A DNA stretch of 64,000 nucleotides from NCBI RefSeq assembly GCF_036321535.1, contig NC_087437.1, positions 37,884,001-37,948,000 of the forward strand, in the 5' to 3' direction. A program made the position numbers and the translations under genes. This DNA is from Camelus dromedarius (Eukaryota). The notes below the pieces were generated by a model that was not told the origin of the DNA, did no database searches, and worked only from the letters and a program-made list of their open reading frames with translations. Shown here piece by piece: positions 13,000 through 26,018 of this stretch. How positions within the stretch are numbered: position 1 is the first letter of the stretch; every line of letters starts with the position of its first letter.

Positions 13000-15900
13000 A
13001 CCTCGTGTCGTAAGAAATTTCTCCATGAACCAGGGAGATACCCTGAAAGCTTGTAAACTGTGCTTACTGTTATACCACAGAAACCTACTGAGAGATGGTG
13101 GTAACAGCAGAATCCACCTCACACAGAGACAAATGATACCTTAAACTCTTCAACTCAGCATCTGCAAATATTCTACAAGTTAAAAATAAGGAACAGAAAA
13201 AAATGCAAGTGGAAAAAAAGGAAGACATGGCAGAAAAATATGACGTTGGACAAGATTTAAGATTTTCACCAAACCGTATTTAAAGCAGGAGCTCAGAGCA
13301 GAAATCTGAGAAAAAGGAAGACATTGGAGACATACATACAGGAACCTCCAGAGCTCAAGAGACAAGAAGAAGAGAAAATAAAACCTTCAGAAAATGAGAA
13401 AACATGAAAGGGAAACATACTCTGCTGGAAAGGGAGTAGAGAGTCAGACTGGAAAAATAGACTAACATGGAATTAAAGTAAAATGGCTATGAATAGAATT
13501 AAAGAAATAAGGAGAAACAATTAAAAAGACACCTAAGGCAGATCCAGGATAGATATAATTGCTATCTTTGAATAAAAGAACCAGAAGGAAAAGCAAATTT
13601 CAAGATGGAATTCAAAGATTTTCCAAGACTATTAAAAAAAAACTTAAAATATAGATGAATATGAGAAACTTTAATGGTCTTACTATGTCTGAGGTAAAAC
13701 TGCAGCAATGCCTGCTATATTTCCAGTTCAAAATTAAAGAAAATCCTTCAGGCTTCGAGGCAAAAGGCTGAAAATGCCTATGGTGGGTAAAGAGCAGAAG
13801 GCCTCACATTTCCCCAGCACTTTTCAATTTCTCAAGCAAAGAGGAACCTGAGAATTTTATACTCAGTCAGTATTTCATTTCTGATACACAGTATCAAATG
13901 CACAAGAACAAAGGGAATATATTCCTCATGAGCTCTGAAGAAGAAATTTATAGAAGATCAATTGGACAATATAAATACAGATGCAAGGGCAAAAGATTGA
14001 CGATTATCATTGTGTTTATTTAATTGTAGGACCAAAGTTAGCCCAATTGTGGAAATTATAGTTACAAACAGACTATAAATCACAAACCGTGTCAAGATAG
14101 AAAAAAATCATCACTAATATCAAAAGTCAAGAGTACAAGTGTAAGAGAAGGACAATGTATGTAAACTATAAGTATATGTATTAAACTATAATGACTTATT
14201 TTTGTTTTATGGCTGAAGGTCACAAGATGTTTTTTGAACCTGACAAATCAATGAATATATATATATATATATAAAGTAATTTTTAAAAAGTAAATTAGTA
14301 TAAAGAACTACGAAAAATATGTCTAGATGACAAGGTAAAATCAAACTAGATACTGTATATGAAATATGTTTAAACCTAAGTGATAAAATAGAAAAGGATG
14401 GACAAAGAAGGAAATAGAAAAACAACAACAGAGGTATTCAAGAACATCAGGAAACATTGATTGAAGGCAAATTCATTATAATAAGACAAGGTTCAATTCA
14501 TAAAAATTTTGTAGTCACATACAACAATGTGTGAATAATATAAGAACAAAATCTAAAAGGAAAATTTCAGTGACATTTCAGGAGTATGATATTTTAATTA
14601 ATTTATCTCTTTTGCCAGTGACATTTCAAGTAGACCAAAAATAAATAAAGCTATATAAGTCCCAAATTATGTAATATAAAGTATATCTAGTTGATGTATA
14701 TCTTCAGCAGTAGACCTCAGGTCTTTATAAAAGATAATTTTCCTAGGAAATTGAAGCTCCATTGTCCAAGGTTTTCAGTAAATATCCAGAAATGTGCATG
14801 AGATATTACCAGTTACTTGCACATTATAAGCGGGGCTATTCAAATCACAGAAGAGTTTGAAGAAATGAGGAAAGTACAAAGTCCTACTTGAGAACTTAGG
14901 GAAGGAGTTGTTCTAAAGAACCTGACAGTATCCTCACCTTGAACAAGCAGTATTTTTAGGAACTTCTGCAACAGAAGGAACTAGACATGAGCAGATAAGT
15001 TGCTTCCTTTGTTGGGGTCTTTTAGTAATCTCATCACCTTCATTCTTATGAAAATTATGCAATTATGTATTTTTTAGTGTAATTCCAAACTATTAAAAGA
15101 ATAGCACAAACAACCAATTAAAGTTTATACCAACAGTTCAAAGAACTCAATAAGCATAATTTACTATAATTATAGAGAGAGGCTTATATCTATTGGCACT
15201 AAAAATTATTTTGATCAAAGGCTATATCCATGCTTGGTAAGATTGCTAAGGTACATACTTTCTTAATAATTTTTATTAATATATCTCTGTGTGTATATTT
15301 TGCACATGTATATTTTATATATATAACATGTAAACATATCTATATGTGCATATACACGTATGTGTCTTTTATGGTAAAACAGAATTTATATTAAAGTTGA
15401 GAAAAAATAAAGAAATTAACTACCATCACATATTTAACATTTTTATGAATATACTAGTTAGTGGAATTTACATGAAATAGAAATAAGGTCTAAAAATTGG
15501 AAAGAAAGAAGCAAAGATAAAATTATTTACAGTGATAAAATAGAAAATCTACAGAATTAAAAAGAAACTACTAAAAAACTGTCAAAAGCAGTAAGAGATT
15601 TCAATAAGGCAGTTGGTGCAAAATCAATATAGCGAAATAAACAGCATATATGTGTGTGTGTATGTGTATGTATATATATGTTGTTAGGATAATGGAAGAA
15701 AACGTTTCATTTACAATAGCCTCTGAATAACCTAAATAAGAAATATAGTGACTTTTTATGAAGAAACTTGATTAATGTTACTAAGGGATGCAAAATGAAA
15801 CTTGAATTATTAGAAAGGAATGCCTTCTTGTTGGATAGAGAGCCCTAACATTAGAAGAATCTTAATTAATCATACATCAATGTGCAAGTTGTGATACCTG

Positions 15901-17740
15901 CAGTCTACTAACAGGATATTTTTCATTAGTGTTAGACAAGCTGATTCTAAAGTCCATGTGGATAAATGAAGGTTTAAGATTAGCTAGGTAATTTTTGAAA
16001 GGTAAGAGTAATAAGGTGGATTTGAATAACTGAAAATATTCAAGCATATTATGAAATATTATAAATCTTAATAGTTAAAATAATGTAGTACTATTCCATA
16101 AATAGAACAACAGTAAATATAAAAGAGTCTAGGTATAATGCAGATATGTATAGAATTTAGTACATGATAAAAGTGACATTTCATATCATTGGAGAAAATG
16201 TAGATTAATTAATAATGGTGTTAGGGCAATGGGTTAGTCATCTAAAAAAAGATATTTGTACCACAACCTCATTTCTTACTATCAATTCCATTTGGAGCAA
16301 ATAATTAAATTAGGAAGATGAATGAAGAGGAGCAGGAGGAGAAAAGAAAGAGGAAACTATAAAATTATTAGAAAATTTTTAATTGTTTCTTTTTTATATT
16401 AAAAAAAAAAACTTTGAAATGGGAAGGTTCTCTAAAAATATTAAACAAAATTGTAAGAACTGAGACCACCTGCGTCAACATAATTAATTGTTAGGCTTGA
16501 GAACTGAGACCACCTGTGTCAACATAATTTAACTGGTCACTCTATAAACTTCTTGCCCAGGAAGATAAAATTAAAAATCAATAAATAACTTTACTGTTTG
16601 CTTTAGGAAGTTATTGCAGATCAATTCATCTGGGCAAACAGTTTGCTTACCTGGATGAACAACTTACTTATCAGCACAATAATTTGCTCACCAAGAATTG
16701 TTTCAGTAACCTTGCTTTGCTGTGTCCACCAGTCCTACACCATTATGTCATGAACTTTGCCCAGTTCCAACCAGTTCTTTACCTTGAAAGACGCACCTTA
16801 AATAATTTGAATGTAGACCCATAAACCCTCTAAATGCCATTTCCTAACATCCTCCTTGTGAGACACTACTAAGATTCTCGCAAGGTAGTGTTTTCCCTTT
16901 CTATATAGTAAGTTTATTAAATTCAGCTATGTTGATCAAGAAGTTTTTCTGTTAGTCCATTGGTGGACAGTTGATGACCCAAATCCATTTAAAAGCAATA
17001 TGGAAAACAATATAGAAAATCAAAAGAAAAATGATAAAATGGGAAACAAGTTTTGAATAGTCATCATATACAAAAGGCTATTTACCTAAATATTTTAAAG
17101 TCCTAACAAATTAATAAGAAAAGAATTGGAAAGGAGTTACATACATGAAAAAAGTTCACATCAAATTAAATAAAAATGGCTTTAAAATACACGAAAATAA
17201 GTATATTTATAAAGAAATTCTATTTTTCACCTTTCATATTGGCAAAGGGCAAAAGGTAGTATAGATGTTGGGAAACCTTTTTGTAGAGTTTATTTGGGTA
17301 TGGCTTCCTATAGAGTACAATAGGGCAATATTTATTACAATTTTAAATGCACATGAGCTTTGACCAAGGAATTCTACTTCCAGAAATTTATCCTCCAGAT
17401 AGGTTCCCATAAGTGAAAAATATACTGTGTGAAGATATTAATTTTAGCTATTTCTGGAAATAGCAAAGGATTAAAACATTTAAAATATCCTTTATTATAA
17501 TACAATAAAAATGACCCTTTGAAGGCAGCTACTGTAAATAGTAAGATATGTACTAATGTCCAAATTATATAAAATTTTTAAAAGTTATTGCTAGGATTGG
17601 GACTTCTATGCTATGATTTTAGTGAAAAATCATATAGATATATCATTCAAAAATCAGTGTAAAAACCACTGTCACCAAAATTAATTATGGTTTAGGGAAA
17701 GAAGTACTTTGCACTGCAAATTTGTTTGAATTTTGTCCAG
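13000..17740 (+). mobile_element. Fragmented old L1 (L1M-type; ORF1/ORF2/3' remnants)
   Basis: A-rich strand with L1 ORF2 signatures (AAAATCAATATA, GACAAGCTGATTCTAAAGT, AATAATGGTGTTAGGGCAAT, TTTGACC..GAATTCTACTTC); interrupted by an LTR at 16452. Confidence 0.75.
16452..16976 (+). mobile_element. ERV1 solo LTR (MER31/MER67-like)
   Basis: Starts TGTAAGAAC; contains TGAGACACTACTAAGATTCT..AAGGTAGTG and a degenerate polyA region followed by TCAGCT..TTGATCAA; nested in L1. Confidence 0.7.
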
Positions 17741-19238
17741 AAATGCATTTATTAACTACTAACTATCCCTTCAACCCAATGAAATTGAAAAAGGGAGCTT
17801 GTTTGACTGAAAACTCTGTAAGACATTAAAATATTGGACAGTACTGCTTTCGAACCAATTAGAGGGGAATAGGAGGTCTTTTCTTCACTTGTTTGGTGAA
17901 CAATGGGCACAGGAGCATTGACTCTGCAGAGAAAGGAGTCTCCGGTCCAGCGCATTTGCAGCAGGGTGTCAGTGCCCAAAGCAACAGCAGTGGTGCCCAA
18001 ATGGAGGCTGATGGGTTAATGCTAGAATCATGTAAGTGACAGGAAACCAGAGGTTTTACAAAAGCAAGTTAGGATGTAGTATTCGTCTTGTGCTACTCAA
18101 GTCACTGTGATCAGGGGATAGAGGATCATGGAAGAGTGTGTAAAGTAACAAATTATAATTCTTTCCTAGTAGTTTTTAATAGCAATAAAACATGCGTACC
18201 AGAATTATCTTAGGAGCTCATACTTGGGGACAAGTCCTCAGATATTAATGGAATTTAATGCAAATAGTAAACAACGGCCCCTCCGAGCAAAAGAAACATA
18301 AACTTAAGGATATTCTTACTTCTAACCCAATGCTCAGGACTGAGTACTAAGCAAGTGTTTCTAAATAACTCTCCTTCACTGAGCAAGGAATGGCTAGCAG
18401 TGGGAGTGATAGGAAACAGGTGGCATTTGAATATTTCATCAATTCCTCCACTCCTATCTGCTTATTCAGCTTCATTTTACTTTCATCTTCACTGTTCTAT
18501 CCACAATACTCCCTGTTTCGGTCACAGTATTCTTCTGAGTCCTTGTTCAAAGTCATTTCCCCCTACTGAGCCGCAGGGAGTGTGGCTGGCAGGAGCCACT
18601 GGAGCCCTTCTTCCAGGCGCGCTGCTCTCTGGAGGGGCCAGGCCAGGCAGCTGGAGGCATCTTTTCAAAGCAGCCCAGCACCACGGGAAGCAGTACGTTT
18701 CTCCACCGCCTTCACCATCCCTTCGAACCTCAAATCTGCATAATGTCAAGGATTAAAGCAACCAGTACCCTAGGAGGATTATTATTAGTTTGGCAAATCC
18801 AAGAATAAGCAATGTGAAATTAATTCTCTTTCATGTAAACCTTATATAAGGTTGAAGCGTAATGTAAAGAATTGGATAGAGTGATGATTTTAGCTTATAG
18901 TTAACTTTGTTTTTCAAAATTCCTTTAGCATTTATTGCCTTTACTACTCTTGGAATTAAAGAATGCAAAATGCTTTTAATTTTTTTATTCTTTTGTGTTT
19001 GTTCAATATATATTTGTGACTATTTTGAGTGCCAATTTTCTGTGAAAACTTGAAAACCTTTTGAGCTAACAAGATTAAATTTTTCTATCAAAGCCTATTG
19101 GATTGGAAAAAATGCAGGAAGTAAGAGAATGGTACCTCTTATTGGTAAATTCTGTCCTAAGCAATGCTTTATTAAGTAATCTGCACTCATCTATATTAAC
19201 TGTGGATCCAGGTCCTGATTTGAAAATCACATTTCTCC

Positions 19239-21477
19239 TGTACTGGGTTGAATAGTGTCCCCAAAATTCGTGCCCTCCTGGAACCTCAGAATGGAACCAT
19301 CTTTGGAAATAAGAAGGCCATGTGAAGACAAACGAGGAGGAAAGCCTTGTGAGGATGGAGGCAGAGATTGGAGTAAAACATCTATAAGACAAAGAGTATC
19401 AAGGAATCCAAGCAACCACCAGGTGCAAAGAGAGAGGCATGAAACCGTTTTCTCTCACATAGTCTCCAGAAGAAACTGACCCTGCCAACACCTTGAATTC
19501 AGATTTCTAGTGTCCAGAACTGTGAGACAATAAATTTGTTGCTTTTAACACCCCATTTGTCATACTTTGTTACAACAACCCTAGGAAACTAATACATATT
19601 TTGGTACCAGGAAATGATGTCCTGCTATAACAAATACCTAACATTGTGGAAGTGGCTTTAGAATTGGGTAATGGGTAGAAGAACTTCATAGAAAAAGCCT
19701 ATATTGTCTTGAAGGGAAGATTAATAGAAATATGGATGTTAGAGGTGATTCTGGTGAAAGCTCAGACACAAGTTGAAGAGGATAGTAGAAAAAGCTTCTG
19801 TCATCTCAGAGAATACATGAACAGCATATTCATCATGAAATGAATTTTGGTAGACATATAAATGTTACAGGTGTTTCTAGTGAGTACTCAGAAAAAAAAA
19901 TGAGAAGCCTATTATTAGACACTAAAGGAAAGATGAGTCTTGATTCTTGTTATAACATGTCAGAAAACTTAGTTGAATTGTGTATTGGATGGAAAGTAGA
20001 ACTTGTAAGCAATGACTTTGCCTACTTAGCTGAGGAGATTTCTAAGCAAAATATGGGAAATGTGGCCTGATTTCTTCTTGCCATATATTGCTATATTTAT
20101 TTCTCCTTGCTGTAAAATGCAAGAGGAGAGAGGTAGAATGAGGAACAAACCATGAAGCAAAATGGAACAAGAACCAGAACGTATATAATGTTATACGTCA
20201 ATTATATCTCAATAAAAATGGGTGGAAAAAAAGGAACCAGAAAGTGATGATATGGAAAATTCTAATACTATCCATATTGCAAAAGATGCTAATGCATTCA
20301 CTGGAGAGCTCCAAGAGCATGGCTGAAAAACCTTTTAGTGAAGAGATTAGAGTGAAGAGTCCCATGAACCATCTCAGCAGAAACTTGGAATAGAGACAGG
20401 TTTATCCAGAAAGAACCAGTGGAAGGTTCTCCTGTCTAATGGTGTGGACACCCTTGACATACATAAAAGGCTGACAAGATTTTTGAGAATTTCTTACCAA
20501 AATAAATACTGACAGCCTAGACTAAAAGGGACAGAGATGGAATGAAATAAAGGAAAAATAACTCTGAGAGTGGCCCAAAGGCTGTGGCCAGTTGGGGGGC
20601 CTCCACAGGCCCAAACAGCAAAGCATCTAGCCTCAGAAGATTATTCTCAGGCCTTGAAACCTAATGGAATGTGCCCTGCTGAGTTGTGAACTTTCTTGAG
20701 TCCAGTGACCTCTGTATTCCTTCCGTGTTCTTCCTTTCAGCATGAGAATGTCTGTTGTATGCTTGTCCCACTGTCATATTTTAGAAGCAAACAACTTGTT
20801 TTCCAGTTTAACACACACCACAGGTAGAGAAGAATTTTGCCCCAGGATGGATCATACCCAGAGTCAACTATTCTTCATTTAGATAATTTAAATGATGGAT
20901 TTGGAACTTTCTTAGTTGATAATTTTGGAGGTAGAGTTAATGCAGGAATGGGTTTGATTTTCAGGGATATTGGGATGGTGTAAACATCTTGCATGTGGGA
21001 TAGATGTGAATTTGAGGGGGACAGAGGTCAGAGTGTATGTAGCTGAACTTGCCCTCTGCCAAAATTAATGTCCACCTGGAATCATAGAATGTGACCTTAT
21101 TTGGCAATATGGCTTTTGCAGATATAATTAGTTAACATAAAATGAGGTCATACAAGATTAGGGTGGGTCCTAAATCCCATGATTGTAGTGATTATAAGAA
21201 GGCCAAGTGAAGATAAACAGGGAAGAAGGCCAGGTGGAGATAGAGGCAGAGATGAGAATGGTACAGTTAGAAACCAAGAAACACCAAAGATTGACAATGA
21301 CCACCAGAAGCTAGGAGGGAAGCGTGAGAAAGTTTCTCCCTCAAAGCTTTCAGAAGGAACCAACCTCAGTCACCCTGATTCAGACTTCTAGCATCCAAAA
21401 GTAGGAGATAATAAATTTGTTGTCTTCAGCCATCCAGTTTGTGGTACTTTGTCATGCTGGCCCTAGTAAACTCATGC
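19239..21477 (+). mobile_element. Complete MaLR element: MLT1 5'LTR (19239-19596), MLT1-int, 3'LTR (21034-21477)
   Basis: Two homologous MLT1 LTRs flank an internal region that begins TATTTTGGTACCAGG...GTGGAAGTGGCTTTAGAATTGGGTAATGGGTAG and ends in a purine tract before the TG of the 3' LTR. Confidence 0.9.
20180..20232 (+). mobile_element. Very short L1 3' tail inserted in MLT1-int
   Basis: AATGTTATACGTCAATTATATCTCAATAAAAAT...A-tail flanked by GAACCAGAA direct repeats. Confidence 0.75.
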
Positions 21478-22573
21478 CCTCTCAAAGAAAATATGTAGTA
21501 CAAGCACCTTTTTATATTCAGTTTAATTTTATTGTAATACCAAAATGTTTGCCATCGCTGACTAACATTATTGAAAGCAACTAACATGTATTGAACATTT
21601 CCGAATTTCCAGGCACTATGCATTAATAATTTTCACAGCTACCATGGAATAGACATCATTATTACCCCTAGTTTACAGATTAGGAGATTCTAATCTGTAT
21701 GGTGTGTGGGGGGTGGTCTTACAGTATTAAACAGGAGCATCAGTATTTAAATTCATTTCTGTTTGACTTCCGTATTTATAGTCTACCTATTAATTTATAA
21801 TGAGAGAAAAATGAATTATTCTAACATATTACAAGATATTAAATCACACTGAGCAAAGAAAAGAGCATTCACCAATTATCAGTGTGCAATCTATGTGTAC
21901 TTAATTTTCTTCTTCAACCCTGCAAGATGTTGCCCAATGGGTCATCAATTAGGGTGAGCTTACACATCTATTTAGAAGTACAGGCACATTCAAGTGTGCC
22001 ATATAGTCAATTTCTTTTTCAATGAGAGTTCTCTCTGACACCACAAAGCTTTTATGTTTAAGTGAGCCTAATGACAAGACCATTACTCCAGGTATTGACC
22101 AAAATTTGCAAACAGAAGAGCAATAGGGAGGTTCTCCTAAAGCTGTTATTACAAAGTGGAGGTGGCTGAACAAATGCATTACTCTCTCATTTAAGTGGAG
22201 TTTGCCCTTTCCTCTATATTAGTTCATGTCTGTGAACCTCAGTGATAAGCTGATTTATAGCAAAGTAATTCCTACCTTCTAAAAGGAGTAATTCTTACCT
22301 TCTAAACATTATCTGTTATGATGATGTGGCCAACAATAGTGCTGTGGCCATTTGTTAAAAGTATAATAAAAGGGTTTGGATTGAAAAGAGAGTATGTTCC
22401 TCATCTCAGGCTTGAGCTGAATCTAACCCTGAGATTCAGACCAGCTGGATTTGTAGCAGGATTCCTGTGGCAGAGGACTAGGAAGGCTTTTGAGGGAGAA
22501 ATTATTTTAAGGGATGATGGGGACATGGGAACAGACCTTACCAGTAACAAAACTTTACCTAGCAGAAGGTCAA

Positions 22574-22969
22574 TGTATTAGTTTGCTAAGGCTGCCATAA
22601 CAAAGTAACATATTCTGGATGGCTTATACAACAAAAATTTTATTTTCTCACAATTCTGGAGGCTGGAAATTTGAGATCAAGGTGCCTGCACGATTGATGC
22701 CTTCTAAGGCCTCTCTCCTTGGCTTATAAAGGATCATCTCCTTTTTGTCTTCATGTGGTCTTCCCTCTGTATATTTGTGTCCAAATTTCCTTTTCTTATG
22801 AGGACTTCCATCATGTTGGAATAGGGCCCATCGCAGTAACTTGATTTTTTACCAAAATACCTCTTTAAAAGTCCTATCTCCAAAAACAGTCACATCTGAG
22901 GTACTAAAAGGGAGTGATTTTAGAACTACAGCATATGAATTTGGGGAAGATGCAGTTCAGCTCATAACA
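22574..22969 (-). mobile_element. MLT1A-like MaLR solo LTR
   Basis: TGTATTAGTTTGCTAAGGCTGCCATAACAAAGTA...TCTCACAATTCTGGAGGCTGG...TTCAGCTCATAACA. Confidence 0.9.
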
Positions 22970-25900
22970 GGAAAGCTGATTCTAAGTACAATGTTATACT
23001 TGTCAAAAAATCTAGTCCCTGACCTAGATACCCATAGGTTTATGTCTAATTCCTCTGGAGGGTTTACAAGATGTAGACTAGGAGGCACTATAATAACCCT
23101 GTGATAAAACATAGTAAAAGTGAGAAAAGCATTCTTCACTTCTGCATTGAACATATACCCATGGGGAACCCATTGGGTTCAATGTTAAAGATGCTGAAGG
23201 AATAAAAATTTCTACCTACACTAACAAGAACTGAGCACCCAACTGTTCTTCTCCATGCCTATTCCTAAGCCCGGTTGATCACACCTTCAGTCCTGTTGTC
23301 CCTGTATCTCGTTCCATGATTAACTTAACCTCAGTTTCTTTATACCTTTCAAGAATTTGAACAAGGAAAATTCTCTGAAAAAACTATTTTGCCTGACCAT
23401 CTTCAATTTTTCTTACAAAATTTTTATGCTTCTTGCTCTTCATAAGACAGTCATGAGCTTTCCTCATGCTTCCAGATTTTAATAAAAGGCTCAAGCTAAT
23501 TGTTTTTATTCTTCTTCAACTACAAGAGCCACACTGGCTCTTAGATATCCATCTCAACAGGGATGGAAGTTCCTAGCACAGGAAGCGGCAGCAATACTGC
23601 CCAGCAAAGGCGACAGTGCTAGTGACAGTGATAGAGACTGGTAAAAGTTATGCCTATGCCTGACAGAGACAGTTCAGCCTTGGGGAACAGAGTATGAGTC
23701 AATGTACTTCCTTACAGTTTTTAAAAAAAGTGGTCTTGGCAACAGACATCCCTGTGGGAAGCTGAATCAGGATATGAAAAACAGGGCAGAATTCCATGTG
23801 GTTATAAGATTTATCCACCAACATATATAAAGGAACCTTTTGGAATATACATATGTTGTAGGATACTTTAATAGGAGCTGAAGTGCCGTGATAGTAAGAT
23901 GAGGAAAATGGGCAATTGTCACTGATGTGACCCAGGACAGCAATTTTGTATTATTCCTATGAATGATGCTTTCTTGAGTTGTGTTCTAGGGGGAGCAGTC
24001 TACAAAATTGTACATTTCTACCATAGTCTACGTTCACACTGTATTCTACAGAAATGATCCTGCTTGGAACAGTGCAACGGCACATGTTCATGAAATATGA
24101 CTCAATTTTAAGTCCTAGTTTGGGTTGCCTTTAAGAAACACCTTAGATGTGCATATTAATTTTTGTAGTTTACAGTGCATTTTCACATGTACAGCTATAG
24201 TTTTATATTTTTATCTTCATAAATCCCATTAAGTAAACTTACTGTTCATATATAATGGAGAAAGAAATTGAGTCATTTTGCTCTTTTGACTATAACATAT
24301 TGCAATAGCCCAATTCCTAGCACGTAGTAATTGATCCGATATTTTATAACCATAGAATTATTCATGCATAATTAACCCTATGAAAAAATGTGTGAAAATA
24401 AAGATATAATTGTGGTAAAATAGGTGTTTTATATCTTCATAGATATGATAACTCTATTCAGAGTCAGCTACATCAGTAAGAAGAATAGAAAGTCGCGTAT
24501 ATTTTTCAATTTCATGAAGATAGGAATGAACCCCAGGACCCCCAAACTGCTTGATAACCAAATAAAGATAAGATTTATTTTAGTACCACACTCAACTGCA
24601 AATAAATGATATTGTATTTTCTTATTCTAGTAGACTGATAAGGGGGAAAGAATTAGAGAATAACTGCCCTGTCCTAAAATGAAAATCCATTCATTTATTC
24701 AACAACTATGTATTGAGCATTTATTGTGTGCCAGGTACTGTTCTTGGTGCTGAACCAAGCAGTGAAAAAAAAATCTGTACTTAACAAAAATTAGATTCTG
24801 TATTTGTTTATTTCCTCAAGGTTTGCATCACAGTGATTTAACTTTGAAAATCATCATCTAGTTACTTCTGTGATTTTATAGTTGAAGATAGTGTGTAAGT
24901 CATGACCTGTCCTCCTGCAAATGTCAGAATTACAACTCAAACTGGCCTTAAAAAAATAATTTACTGGGCAAACATGGTTGAATACGGGAACTCATCTTGA
25001 ATCAAAAGGTCCTGTCTTTATCAGTATTTATTCTGTTTTCCTCTCATTGGTCTTGTTTACTGGTAGGCTGTCTACATGAGGACTTTCAGACCTCCAGGCT
25101 TATATTCTAGCAGTTTAGTAATCTCAGGGGAGAGAACACCTCTTTTCTACAGCTCTAACAAAAATCCCAGATATTACTGTTACTGATCATAATTGGTTTG
25201 TATGTCCATTCATGAATAAATCAGTGACATCCAGGCAATGACCTCATCTCCTGAGCTAGTGGAAGGACTTGTCTCATGTGAAAAGTATAAACTCTTACTA
25301 AATTAAGGGAAATGGTATTTTTATCAAATAAGTGGGATTTAATGTTGGACATAAAAAAAAAGAACAGAACTACATTCTAACTCTCGATGCATACTCAAAT
25401 TAAGTGACTATTCACAATAAGGTTAAGTTATTTTGGAAGCAAAGCCAAATTGGGCCTTAGATTTTTGAGTCTTAGGCCAGAATTTTTCAATTGCACTTCA
25501 TTGTTCGTTTTTATTATGAGGGTAAATAAGATCATGAGCTTAATTGTTTGAAAAAGTAATAATGTACTGAATAAATTACTATTATGCATGATCCGTAGGC
25601 AATAATCTTGAAAGTGCCAGTGTCCTGATTTAATTTGTACATTTAAATTTTATTCAATCTGAGTAAATGTGTTAGTAAAGTTATTTGGAAAATATGCTAT
25701 AGTAAGTGGATTCTTTATTCAGTGGGTCTTTATAATGACCAGTTGGAGGTGAAAGTAATGTTATGGGCTAAGGCAATGAGACAGAATTGTTTGAGGCACG
25801 TTTCCATTCCAGTAGGGCTTTAGGGCTCTCCCATAAGGTTCTTCACAGTGGCCCTCCTTGGTCCACTCACTCAGCTCATTCTGGGCTCTGAGTACTATCA

Positions 25901-26018
25901 GACTTCACCAGGATCAGCCTGCAGTCTTGATAGCTCTTTCCCCAATTCCATGACCTACTTCTGTCCTAGGGGAAATCATTCCTTCTTTATTGCTTCCCAG
26001 AAGAGCCATACCTCTTAC

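Noticed and set aside
12709..13144. Overlapping 74-137 aa ORFs
   Set aside because: They are kept open by the (TG)n microsatellite (HTHT/CVCV runs) and show no protein signal.
18680..18735. FEVRRDGEGGGETYCFPWCW as a PLAT/LH2 domain motif
   Set aside because: A single short resemblance with no other PLAT or lipoxygenase motifs nearby.
24370..24495. PYEKMCENKD...YISKKNRK as an extra FSIP2 N-terminal repeat
   Set aside because: Too few identities, needs gaps, and has no clear acceptor; could be chance.
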